Assembly (NCBI GenBank): GCA_028023455.1
Contig: JAQFVV010000005.1
Coordinates: 14,384,001-14,448,000, forward strand
DNA: 64,000 nucleotides
Source: Epiperipatus broadwayi
Lineage: Eukaryota; Animalia; Onychophora
Direction of reading: 5' to 3'
This document shows, in pieces, positions 12,868 to 24,000 of this stretch. A program made the position numbers and the translations under genes. The notes under the pieces were generated by a model. That model was not told the origin of the DNA. It saw nothing but the letters and a program-made list of their open reading frames with translations, and made no database searches. Numbering within the stretch: the first letter of the stretch is position 1; every line of letters begins with the position of its first letter.

Positions 12868-13998
12868 ATGAAGACTAATTGTGAATTACAAAGAAACAGT
12901 GCCTAGCTTAGAGCTCCTGCTGCCTTGTAGAACAAGATGTTGGTTCATCATAAGCTAAGTACTGTTTCTGTTAGAAGCAATCTTTTCTATCTCGCTGTTT
13001 GCCTTAAGTTATTATATGGCTTAATTGTATCTCCTGCCATTAGATATCTTTTAATTATCGTGCCAATGGGACTATGTGTTTGTACAACATTTTCATCCTT
13101 TAACAAGTTATAAACATAATATTCACCAGCATTAATCAATCAACAGGTATCCTTTGTGACTGATTTAAAAACATATACAATATAAAATCTAGGCATTTAA
13201 GTATTAAAATTACATTAGACAAAAAATACTGATATCAACATATTATGCTGATCATCATAGATGCTCATAGAAAACCTGGTATTTAAAGCAATAAAATAAT
13301 CATAAAGTGAGTAGACTTTGAAGATGACCTTTAGCACTGGAAAACACAAACATATACCTCTATATTTATATAAATTAATTGTTAGTGCTCTTGAGTAATT
13401 TGGGATGCAATGACCCTAGGAACCGTGACTTGAACAAAAGAAAATACAAATGTATATAATACACAAAATCTATTTTAGTATTAAAAAACTTTATTGGAAT
13501 AACTTAAAATAATTTTAGATAAGAAATAATGGCAAAAAAAAAAAAATGAAATTAAAAGTCTGTTAAGTACACCATTATATAAATGCATTATTCTGATTTT
13601 ATTTTGCAAATAATAGAAAATATATTATAATAATATTATTTATAGATACATTAATATGAGTTTACATGACACACAGATGTGCAGGTATTTCAATAATTGT
13701 TTAGCTAATAAAAATTATCCTGTCATAATAATATGTAAGGGCACGGAGAAAGATATATATGTGCATGCTATAATAAAAAAATATTTTTGTCAATAATAAA
13801 TTAAATAACAAACATCCATCAATATGTGCACACCCAAGTACATATTATAATACATCTTTAGCTACTAATTCTAATTATTTTACTCAACAAATAATAATAA
13901 CACTCTTAAATTTATTTTTGATTTCTCTAAAATAAAGAAATCTTACTCTGTCTCTTTGAAAGTTACTAGATAATTATTATTTTATATCAGTCTTAATT

Positions 13999-14957
13999 TA
14001 TAGAGTATATGAGCACAGACTTTCACACTACCCACCACTCTCCACACTATCTTATAACACTGATACACTTGAACACATATATGTTGAAATGATAAATAAA
14101 CCAGCAATCATCAGTTGGTCCAGATTACCATCTCTCCACATATATGCTATAAGTGCTCAGATATATATTAAGATAGCCAATCCTCATACTTTAATGGACA
14201 GGCTTCAATCCACTCCACACTCCAACTCTTCAACTGTCCATCCAATTGAAAATCTGATGATGGAACGCTCAAAGGCCACCCTAAGGCCGAGATTCTTGTC
14301 ACACCCATGTTGACCTAAAATCAATCTGACCCCTCATACACAGGACATAATCCATTTAATACAAGGGATGTGCAGACATCTCCACTATGTAATAACTGAA
14401 GCACACAGGCTTATTATATACCTGTGTTTATATATGTAATATATAGAGTATTGGAGCACAGACTTTCACACGACCCACCACTCTCCACACTATCTCATAA
14501 CACTGATACACTTGAACACATATATGTTGAAACGATATTAAATGGATTATGTCCTGTGTATGAGGGTCAGATTGACTTTAGGTCAACATGGGTGTGACAA
14601 GAATCTTGGCCTTAGGGTGGCCTTTGAGCATTCTATCATCAGATTTTCAATTGGATGGACAGTTGAAGAGTTGGAGTGGATTGAAGCCTGTCCATTAAAG
14701 TGATGGTTATCTTAATATATATCTGAGCACTTATAGGATATATGTGTGGAGATGGTAATCTGGACCAACTGATGATTGCTGGTTTAGCATGAAATACGTA
14801 TATTGGTGATTGTTTATCGTTTCAACATATATGTGTTCAAGTGTATCAGTATTATGAGATAGTGTGGAGAGTGGTGGGTCGTGTGAAAGTCTGTGCTCAT
14901 ATACTCTATATATTACATATATAAACACAGGTATATAATAAGCCTGTGTATTTCAGT
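13999..14957. mobile_element. ORF-less composite element (tandem plus inverted ~440-bp units) with hammerhead motif; Penelope/retrozyme-like
   Basis: Flanked by the 14-bp direct repeat TATCAGTCTTAATT (13985-13998, 14958-14971). Block 14000-14093 is repeated at 14441-14536. Segment 14537-14957 is the reverse complement of the blocks to its left. Confidence 0.8.
14764..14807 (+). ncRNA. Minimal type-I hammerhead ribozyme motif
   Basis: ACCAA CTGATGA T TGCT GGTTT AGCA T GAAA TACGTAT A TTGGT. It has the canonical CUGAUGA and GAAA cores, a 5-bp stem I, a 4-bp stem II, palindromic ATACGTAT in helix III and an AUA cleavage triplet. Confidence 0.75.
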
Positions 14958-16400
14958 TATCAGTCTTAATTGTAAATATTCTTTAAATTAAGAAATATTA
15001 CATATCTTTTTAGAAATCCAGAGGCAAAGTTATTTTTAAACTCTGGCTTGTTTTCCATCCATTATTTTCTTAGTCCAATGCTTTTATTTCTATTCAAAAG
15101 TTATTTTGTTTTTAAACTTTTATCTTCTAAAAAAAATTTATGAAACCCATTTTTACAATTGAATTGCTTTAAAAGAAAGTGCCATTATTGTGAGAAATTT
15201 TATTTTTTAAAAAAAGCAGCTAAAGTAAAATAACTTATGTGGAATAATTTTTTCTTCATTCTTCAGAGTTATATTTCACATTATATATATATGCAACTTT
15301 CCTGTGTTCCCATTTATATTGTATAAAGCAGAACATATATAACATAGAGTATTGGATCTTGAGGTCATGCCTGGAATAAGAAAACATTTGTTGCTCAAGT
15401 CTATTTAGTTTCTATAATTTTTTAGATTGCAACAGACAAGCCTTCAACCTCTCACATATGCAATGAATTCACAGAGAAGGTATCCCTATTTCTACGGAAG
15501 TTCAAACTTGACCAATATGAAGACTGGTGATGGTTCTTCAGAATTGGCTTTGTACACACACTGTTATAACATTCTTTGTAGCCTAATAACTTAATAATCT
15601 TTAATTTGAGCCCACTGTTTACAGACTATAGTGGAATTTGAAAACAAGATAACCAAGGAAGTTTTTTTTATCTTTGTTAAAATAATAATAATAATTTAAT
15701 TATTTCATCCTGTTTTCCAATTCACATTAATTAAAACCAATTTTTATCTAAAAAATGTTCTTAATTCTTCAAACAAAAACAAACTAGAGAATTAATTATA
15801 ATTGAAATACATTATTAAAACAACTGAAAATTAATTACAATCAAAATACATTAAAAATAATGTTTTGCAAAGTATTTTATATTTATCAAAACTACTTAAC
15901 TCTAATTAAAAACGTTTCTTACCTAATATAGATGAAATAGATAAAATTTTATAATGAAAAAAAACTTTTTTTAAAATCAAAATCACAATTAAATCAAACA
16001 TTGAATGGACCTTTTTTATGTTTAATTTTACATAATTTATATCTTTAAATATCAAAATTATTATTTAACCATTAGTCTCTTATTACAGTGTATATATTTT
16101 AAATACTTACAAGAAATTTTGTTCATTTTTACTTTTCCTTTCAAACTTTATATATATATGCGCACACCCATTGCTATGTTGTGTGTCATAGGACATTGTC
16201 TCAGTATACTATGAACCACATTACGAATGTCTATCAAATTTACACATTTTAGAAGTGAAGCATTTTATAAAATTATCAGTGAATCTATCCCCTGGTCAGA
16301 ATCTCTACAAATTTCTTCAAATTTATTAATAATTAAACTTTCTAAAAAAAAAAAAAAAATCCATATGCTAAATAAGAGGTTGGTGTGTAGCATGGTTATA

Positions 16401-16602
16401 TTTATAAACAAGGCAAAACTCTCCATACAGTAGTGCCACCCTGTGCCAACCAGAGTAATCAATGGATGCCAAAAGGCTTGTGCATAAAATCCCTATCTAA
16501 TGCCTACTCATCCAATATCCCCAGACTAGTTTCTGGCTTGTGGCCTTCATCAGTGAGGAGTGGTTGGCACAACTGTATGGAGAGTTTTGCCTTGTTTATA
16601 AA
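16401..16602 (-). mobile_element. Small foldback element with inverted termini enclosing a hammerhead motif
   Basis: Perfect 31-bp inverted repeat at 16401-16431 / 16572-16602 plus an 11-bp IR at 16442-16452 / 16561-16571. The interior is homologous to 26430-26580. Confidence 0.75.
16518..16559 (-). ncRNA. Minimal type-I hammerhead ribozyme motif
   Basis: The reverse complement reads TCCTCA CTGATGA A GGC CACAA GCC A GAAAC TA GTC TGGGGA: 6-bp stem I (one G-U), 3-bp stem II, palindromic ACTAGT helix III and a GUC triplet. Confidence 0.75.
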
Positions 16603-18193
16603 CAATTATGTGCTAGTATAAGATATGGTGATCATGTAATGCTTATATTTAGTAGTAATATTCAAAAATATTTGACATCTGATATTAATTCATAATAAAT
16701 AAAGCTATTAAAAATTAATAACAATTATAAAAATGCATAAGTATTTTCAGTTACTTTGGTAATTATTGTCAATTAAAATTTTTTAATTTGCCCAAGTAAA
16801 CATTGACATGCGATATCCTGATTCATGAATTTAAAATTTTTAGCAATTGATAATAAATATGAAAGTAACTGAAAGTACTTTTGAATTTTTATAATTGTTA
16901 TGAACTTTTATCTTTAATACTTAGAAGTTTAATTATTATTATAATTAATCTGTTTTTATTTTAATACTAATTTATGTACATTGCAAGTAAAAAAAACATG
17001 GATTCACTTCCTGTAATATATATATAGACAGCCTCTTTATCAGTAATAAAGATTGCATATTACAATTGGTTTTCTTTAGAGTACTGACACTTATCTAAGC
17101 AAACCATATTGCTGGGAGCCTCATGTTTAGATTTAAAAAAGCTACAGTTATTTATTGTTTAATCTAGAATGCTGATCAAACTAGCTTTTGGATGGCTACC
17201 TGAAAATATCCAAGCTTTGGATACTTTCGGCTACCTAAAAAACACTTCAAACTTTATCTAAATTTGAACCCATCTGATGTTCTTAACACTGCAACTAATT
17301 TCAAAGAATGTGTATGATGAAACACTATTTATTTATGACTGCTTGCATGCAGCATTAGCAATAATAAACCTTGCACACTGGAAATTGTTTTCCATTCTAA
17401 ACGTATTTATTTTAAAATGTTTCCCTGATTTTTATAGTCAATATGCTCTTTGCCGATTTACAGTTAAGAAATTATAAGTTTTGCGTTTTATTTTTTTGAA
17501 AGATGACTATTTATGGTTAGCTAAAGAATTCAGATTAATCTGGGTTGGAATAATGAGTATCTCTGTTCGTGACTAATAATTCCAAACATATTTTGATGCG
17601 GTATCACTATTAGTAATAGAAGTAACATAATCATAAGTTGCTGAGAGCACTGTTGTTACTATTTCTTTTTTTAAAAAAAATATAAATGTAAGACAAATTT
17701 TACCACTTGTAATGTCATACAAATTACAATAATGTTAACGACAAAATAATTTACAGATTCTAACAGTCATTCTATTAAACGTTATCTCTGATTGTTCTTC
17801 ATATATCCTTTCTACTAAAAAGTTCCAATGACATTCCTTATTAGCGAATCATTTTTTTTTCTTAATCTATTCCTGTTTTTTCATCTTTTTTCTTTTTGAA
17901 AATAATCAGCCTAAACAGGAAAAAATGTGAATTTGATAAATAGAAGCCTTCATGAACAATCAAAGGTAAAATAAATAAAATTTCGATATTTTGCAAAATA
18001 ATTGAATTTACATGACTTTGTCCCGTTCTATAAAAATTTCATAATTCTACATCAATTTCTAATTTAGAAAAAAGGGACCTTTTTCAAGATTTACAATATA
18101 TATTTAAATTAAAAACGTTTATTATGAAAAAAAATATATATATAGTAAAATTTTAATATAAATAATTAAAGTTTATATGACTAAGCTATGCGA

Positions 18194-18511
18194 TTAATTA
18201 GAGTCCTCTTCTTCAATTTCTTCCTCTTCTTTACAAACACTGCTTCTTTCTAAACTTAATAAAAGTTTTGTAGGATTTAGTTCTACTGGCTGTAAATTTA
18301 CTAATTCTGGTTCCATTTCATCTGCGGCCCTCAAAATAGGTGAACTAGTAGAAGGTGCCTTGCTGGGTGACATCTGAGATCGAATGATACTTCTTAAGCT
18401 TAATTCTTCTACCTTTAAACGATTAAGTTGGTCTTCGAATTTGCTTTTAAGATCTTGAAGAATTTTTTCTTCTTTTTTCAAAAAATGTAGATCAAAAGAA
18501 ATAGTAGACAT
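18194..18511 (-). CDS. SNAPC5: snRNA-activating protein complex subunit 5 (SNAP19)-like protein, 105 aa, single coding exon
   Basis: LKKEEKILQDLKSKFEDQLNRLKVEELSLRSII closely matches the recalled human SNAPC5 N-terminus (LRKEEETLLRLKAALHDQLNRLKVEELALQSMI). Acidic C-tail EEEEIEEEDSN. The ORF is intact, with AATAAA on the - strand at 18118-18123. Confidence 0.9.
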   Translation of the reverse strand: MSTISFDLHFLKKEEKILQDLKSKFEDQLNRLKVEELSLRSIIRSQMSPSKAPSTSSPILRAADEMEPELVNLQPVELNPTKLLLSLERSSVCKEEEEIEEEDSN

Positions 18512-18559
18512 AATGATAAATATAATAATTGGTCTATTAAAATCTTTTTATATTTTGTT

Positions 18560-18960
18560 ACATTCGAGGTGATAAAAGTCAACAATATTTCGTAATTTGA
18601 AGAACTATAAAGGTACCCTTTCTCCGCGTAAATATTCAGCCATATTGAAATTAAATTGTTTTATGGGTAAAACAACAAACAACGTACTTATTATTCAATA
18701 TATTACTTTTGTTCTCCACAACGTGGCGCTACGATTAACTAAGGTCCATTTAAAATCTTAAAAATAATATACCTGTCTCCATGCTTTTAAAATATTGTTA
18801 AAATCGTCACATTATTTACTTTCCGTAAGTACCATTTACAACTTTCTTAAACACTTTAACAATACTCTTCTCAATTTACTCATCGTACGTCTTAAACAGT
18901 TTATTTGAGTTATTATGGCTAAAGCCGCTATCATCAATAACGTTATTGAAGAAGTTTCCT
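18560..18960. promoter_or_regulatory. Probable promoter / 5' region of the SNAPC5-like gene
   Basis: Several CpGs are locally retained (ccgcg, acgtggcgctacg, atcgtacgtc, gccgc) immediately upstream of the ORF in otherwise CpG-poor DNA. No TSS can be located. Confidence 0.4.
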
Positions 18961-20281
18961 TTAGAAAAAATATACCTTGAATTAGTAAAATATTTTGTAT
19001 TTATTTAATCTCTAACATTATTGACATGCTTTAATTAAAGAAATATTAAGAAATGATTAAGGTTTTAACAAAATTTAAAAGTGCCATAACTATATTAAAG
19101 CTTTTAAAGTAATGCACTTAACGCCTCCATGTTTAAATAACTTGTGTGACAAATTAACATTATTTGTTAAGATTTTGATATAATTTAGAAGATAAAAGAT
19201 GGTCTTAAATTTTTTGATATCTGAAAATACTTATATTCACTTTTTGAAAAATATTGTTCTTTTTTAAAGTTAAATAATTTATATAACTTTTATCCTAATT
19301 ATCAAAAACTTCTCATAAAATTTAGCAATATTATTTTTTTGGGTGAGCACTAATCTTTACATTGTATTTATAAAATACAGTATCTTATTTTCTATCATAC
19401 AATTGATCGTAATGTCGGTTATGGCATCTTTTCCTATTTTCGTAAATACTGCATTTAGATTTCAAGTCATAAAAAGATTACTTCTAAAAAGTTATTTTTA
19501 GTTTGAGACTAGTTTATTTTGATTTTAAATACTTTTTTTAAATCTGTAGAATTGATCATGACATTTTACTTTTAATTAATACGTTGCATATTTTCATTAT
19601 TTAGTTTAATTATTACATGTTTTTTGAAAAATTCAAGCTTTATTTAACAGACAATCAAATAAATTTGAAAAAAGTATAAAGTTAGAATTTTTCTAAAAAC
19701 ATTTAACAAACTAGCTGTAGAAAATAGCCAAACATATAATTACATGTATGTATTTAGAGTGAATTATTGCGGGGTATAATGTATGCCTCTTTAGATTTAG
19801 TTTAATATATTTTTAATCCTAGTCTGAGTATTAAAAAACTTTGTCATATTTATTTTCATTAATGTGAATATAATTCGGAGTCCATATGTTCTAATCCTCA
19901 AAATAGATCTGGTAATTTAAGTTAATCTCAATCGGCAATGGGATTAGTAATTAAACGATTAGCTGAGGATTGTTTTTTTTTAAAAAAAAAAAACTATTAA
20001 TTACGATTATTAAATTCTCAGTTAGTTAATTATTTATTCCAGATACTCGGAAGAATATAAATAAATGCAAAAGCAATTATTCTCAGATAGCTGGGGGGCT
20101 TTATGGAAGCAGCTCGTCCCAGGTTATCCATCACCTATATATAAGTCTCAAAGTGAATGTAGGAAAATAATTTGCAGTCATACAGATTTTTTTGTTTTGT
20201 GTAAGTCTTTATGTTATGTTCTTAAAAATGTGTGTATGAACGTTATATATATTGTAATGCAGGGACCAACAAACTTTTTCT

Positions 20282-20728
20282 GGTAAACATGAATTTGCCA
20301 GGTCACGATACCAGACACCTGAGTGTTTCTTATCGAATTATTTAAAAATTTGTCGTGAAATATCAAATACACGGCTGCATAAAATTATATTATAAAAAAA
20401 TAATTAATATCTGATAAAAAATAATTTATTAAAATAATAACATATTTATCTTACAAACATTCATAATTACACTCCATTGTAGTTTTTCGCTTATGCAAGC
20501 GATAAAATTCGCAAAGATGGCGTCAGTCCGAAAACTACAATGGACAGTAATTGTGAATGTTAGTAGGATAAATATGTTATTATTTTAATAAATAATTTTT
20601 TATCAGATATTTAATCATTTTTTTATAATATAATTTTATGCCGCCGTGTATTTTATATTTCACGACAAATTTTTAAATAATTCGACAAAAAAAACACTGG
20701 TCTCTGACCTGGCAAATTCATGTTTAAC
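20282..20728. mobile_element. MITE with ~200-bp TIRs and 8-bp TSD (Merlin/Mutator/P-like; superfamily uncertain)
   Basis: Termini G(G/T)TAAACATGAATTTGCCAGGTCA are inverted at both ends and the arms pair almost to the centre. TSD CTTTTTCT at 20274-20281 and 20729-20736. Confidence 0.8.
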
Positions 20729-21088
20729 CTTTTTCTTGGAAGGATCAGATAAATTTTAAGTCTTCACGGGTCAATTTAATCACTAGATGCACTATGCTGA
20801 AATTAGTTTTGTTTTTTTTTTCATATTAGATATTGTTCACCAGGATTTTTTTTTTCAGAGAAAAAGTCTGAAATTCCAAAAAATTAATTATAATGTCAAA
20901 AAATGGTGTTATTCTCTTTTGCTTGATAAGATTTATGAAATGGTGATCATGTGATATGAAGATTACTTTTTATTTCAAGCACTTTTTGGTCATATGATTT
21001 CCCCCCAAAAGTATGCTGATAGTTTTGAAACTGCTATCAGTATTTTCAACTTTATTGTACCTCGTCTTCTAATCTCTTAACAAATTTC

Positions 21089-24000
21089 TGTGATGCACTG
21101 TGATTCAGGAATCTCTCAGCCATTATGCCCAAAGAAACCTGTTAGCCACTTTACCCTCCTTTTCTATTCCCACCCTAAGTTTTTTCCATATTCTTCTCTA
21201 TCCTGCTCCATCCCATTTCCAACACATAATCTTTGTCAATTCCATGGTTTTTATATTTAAATCCTTCTTATCTTTTCCTATATCCAGCATAAAAACCAAT
21301 AATCCACTTTCTATATAATCACTTTATTTTTTATTCTTACACAACTTCATTATTTATACCCTTTCTGCTTTCAGGCATTTACATTCAATTAACAGATGTG
21401 TAATATTTTCTATGCTTCCTTAGACAAATTTCAGACTAAAGCACTCACATTTTTCCATTTATGTGTATATTGCCTTGTTGCTAAAGATCCTGTTTGAGCC
21501 TTAAACAGTAAACTACTTTCCTTGCTATTATCATAAATTAACTCGCACCCAATGTTCCATTTACTTCTATATATATTTAAACTCATTTTACTCTCCATAC
21601 TAGTTCTCCATCTCTCCAACTCCCTATTCTTTATTAATGCATCTATTCTTCTATCCCATTCCTTGCCACTATAACACTCAACAATTCTCCTAACACAATC
21701 ATCCCACCTTTTGTATAAGTATACTAACATAAATTCTTTATTTAAATCTTCTGCATACCATACTACCTTTCTCACCCATCTTGTTGCATGCCCTTTACTC
21801 ATAACCCAATTAAATACTATTTTAACTATTCTCTTATCCATAAACTGCAATCTACCGAACATTTTCTTTTTGTTTTTTGCATGTCTCATATAAAAACTTG
21901 ACCATCCCATTACTCCTTGAATTATCTCCTTTACCAGACTAATGCACTTCTTCCTACTTTGCTTTGTACTTTTTCTAAGTAATCTAACACCCCTTTACTA
22001 ACACATCATTACCATATGTTAATCTTGCTACTGCCACTCCCTTCCATACAATTCTAGCTACATCATATGTATTATATTAAAACATTGTTAATTTCTTTAT
22101 CAGTCCCTTTTTTTTTTCTTTGCTTCATTAATCAATTTTTTCTCCCATTCATCCAAGCAATTTCTCTGCTTACTTAAGATAATTCCTAAATAATTATACC
22201 TATTCACCACATTTAACTTTATATTCCCCAATAAAAATTCTTTGTCTTCACTTTCCTCAGTATTACTTTTGATTTTTCTTCACTAAATTTAATCCCCATC
22301 TCTTTACCACCCTTGCGCATGTCCTCAGCATAACTTCCATATCTTCCCTTCTTTTTGTGCACAAGAAATCATTCTCAAAAGACCCAATAATGTATATACT
22401 CCCTTGTCATCTTATTAATGGTATTTCTACCCTCTTTCTATTTTTTTTCTTGTTCTCTCCATTTCTCTTAAATATAACAAAAACAAAATAGGTGACTTAG
22501 GGCATCCTTGCCTTAGTCCCACCCTAATTGATACGTATAATAATTATTTTCATATAATCTCTTAATAATATCCACTAACGCTCCACCTATTCCTAAATTT
22601 ACTAAACTTATCCATAATCTATTTCTATTTACTCTATTATATGCCTTCTCTATCTCTATAAAAACCATATATAACTGTCTACCTGTATTTATATTCATAT
22701 CTATAAGTTGTGTAATTACAAATAAACTATCTCCTATACACCTATCTGATCAAAAACCTCCTTACATTTTTCCCCACTATATTATTTACTTCCATCTATT
22801 TTGTGACTCTTCCAGTCACCATATATGCGAACACTTTATATAACACTTGACGTTACTGCTATCGATCTATAATTGCTTTGGTTTCTATGATCCTTTCTTT
22901 TAAATAGTAGCCTCTCTTGTATTACTCCAACTATCCAGAAAATCTCTTTTGTGCCATCTTATTAAAACATAATAGGTTTAATTTTGCCCTATGTTCTAAA
23001 TTCATTACCATCTCTGCTGCCCATCCATATGAACCTTCTGCCTTTCCACTTTTCAATTTCTTTCCTCCCTCATTCAGTTCATTTTCTGTAAACCTACTAA
23101 TTCCATTACTGTAAGCTTTCATGTTTGTTATCACTCTGTCATTCATATCTAACATCTTTTCTATATTCTTACATACTTATTTAAGATTATCTCTAATTTT
23201 TCTTTAGAGCTCCCTCATCATCTAGTAATACTATTTCTCTCTCCCCTACATTCCTTTTTTTAATGTATTTCCAAAATTTTTTTACTCTCTTCTCTTCCAC
23301 TTTTATTATTATCCTCGAACAATTTACTATTCTAATTTCATTCTTTCTCTATAATATCTATTTTAGCCAACTTCTTTTTTTTTAAATACTTTTCCCATTT
23401 AACATTAACATTTTTTTCACTTTCTTTGTTCTTAATAGCACACTTATATTCTCTGCATGCTTTTTTCCTCTCTTTTACACTTTTACTAACTCTCACTTTC
23501 CTATTACTTTTATTCTTCTGAATATTCTCACCTAAAACCCTATTTGCCACTTTTTCTACTTCACCACACCAGTCCTTATATTCATCCCCAACCAATTCTT
23601 CCATGATTTCTTCTATTTTTATTTTATATTCTTCTAACTTATTATTATCATTCATTCTCTATCCACATCTTTCACTATCCTTTCTACTTATATTATTATT
23701 TTCCTCACATTACTAATCATTTCTATTATAAAGAAATTATAATCACTATTACATACTCTTTCTTCATTATCAAACATTTTAATTTTCTATACTTTATTCA
23801 TTCCCTCTTTCTCTACTAATACATAATCTATTGTGTGAAATACATTTTTTTGTAGACCATGTGTATTGTCCCTCATAAATATTTGATAAATTTCCAATGC
23901 TCAAATTCACTCTGACAAAAATTCTTCAAAAGCTGTCCATTCTTGTTAACTACATCATCAATTTCTTCAATATGCCCATTTATATCCCCTATAATCATTA

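Noticed and set aside
14254-14300. Opposite-polarity hammerhead-like string (CTGATGA...GGCC-GGCC-GAGAT..GTC) in the same unit, which would suggest an ambisense viroid-like RNA
   Set aside because: There is a 13-nt insertion after the core, GAGA/AAGA instead of GAAA in both copies, and no stem I pairing.
15640-16010. Possible L1-like C-terminal remnant
   Set aside because: Low-complexity A-rich translation with no diagnostic motif.
16690-16960. Degenerate AT-rich inverted repeat (similar weak IR at 27735-27901)
   Set aside because: Arms are too eroded to define ends or a TSD; at most old foldback remnants.
18915-18975. ATG GCT AAA GCC as the start of a divergent + strand gene
   Set aside because: Stop after 21 codons and no clear splice donor.
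20042-20286. Possible + strand exon / 73-aa ORF
   Set aside because: No homology recognised, and it abuts a MITE.
20495-20545. Possible hammerhead in the MITE loop (AAGATGG...CCGAAAAC)
   Set aside because: The CUGANGA core is absent and stem II is only 2 bp.
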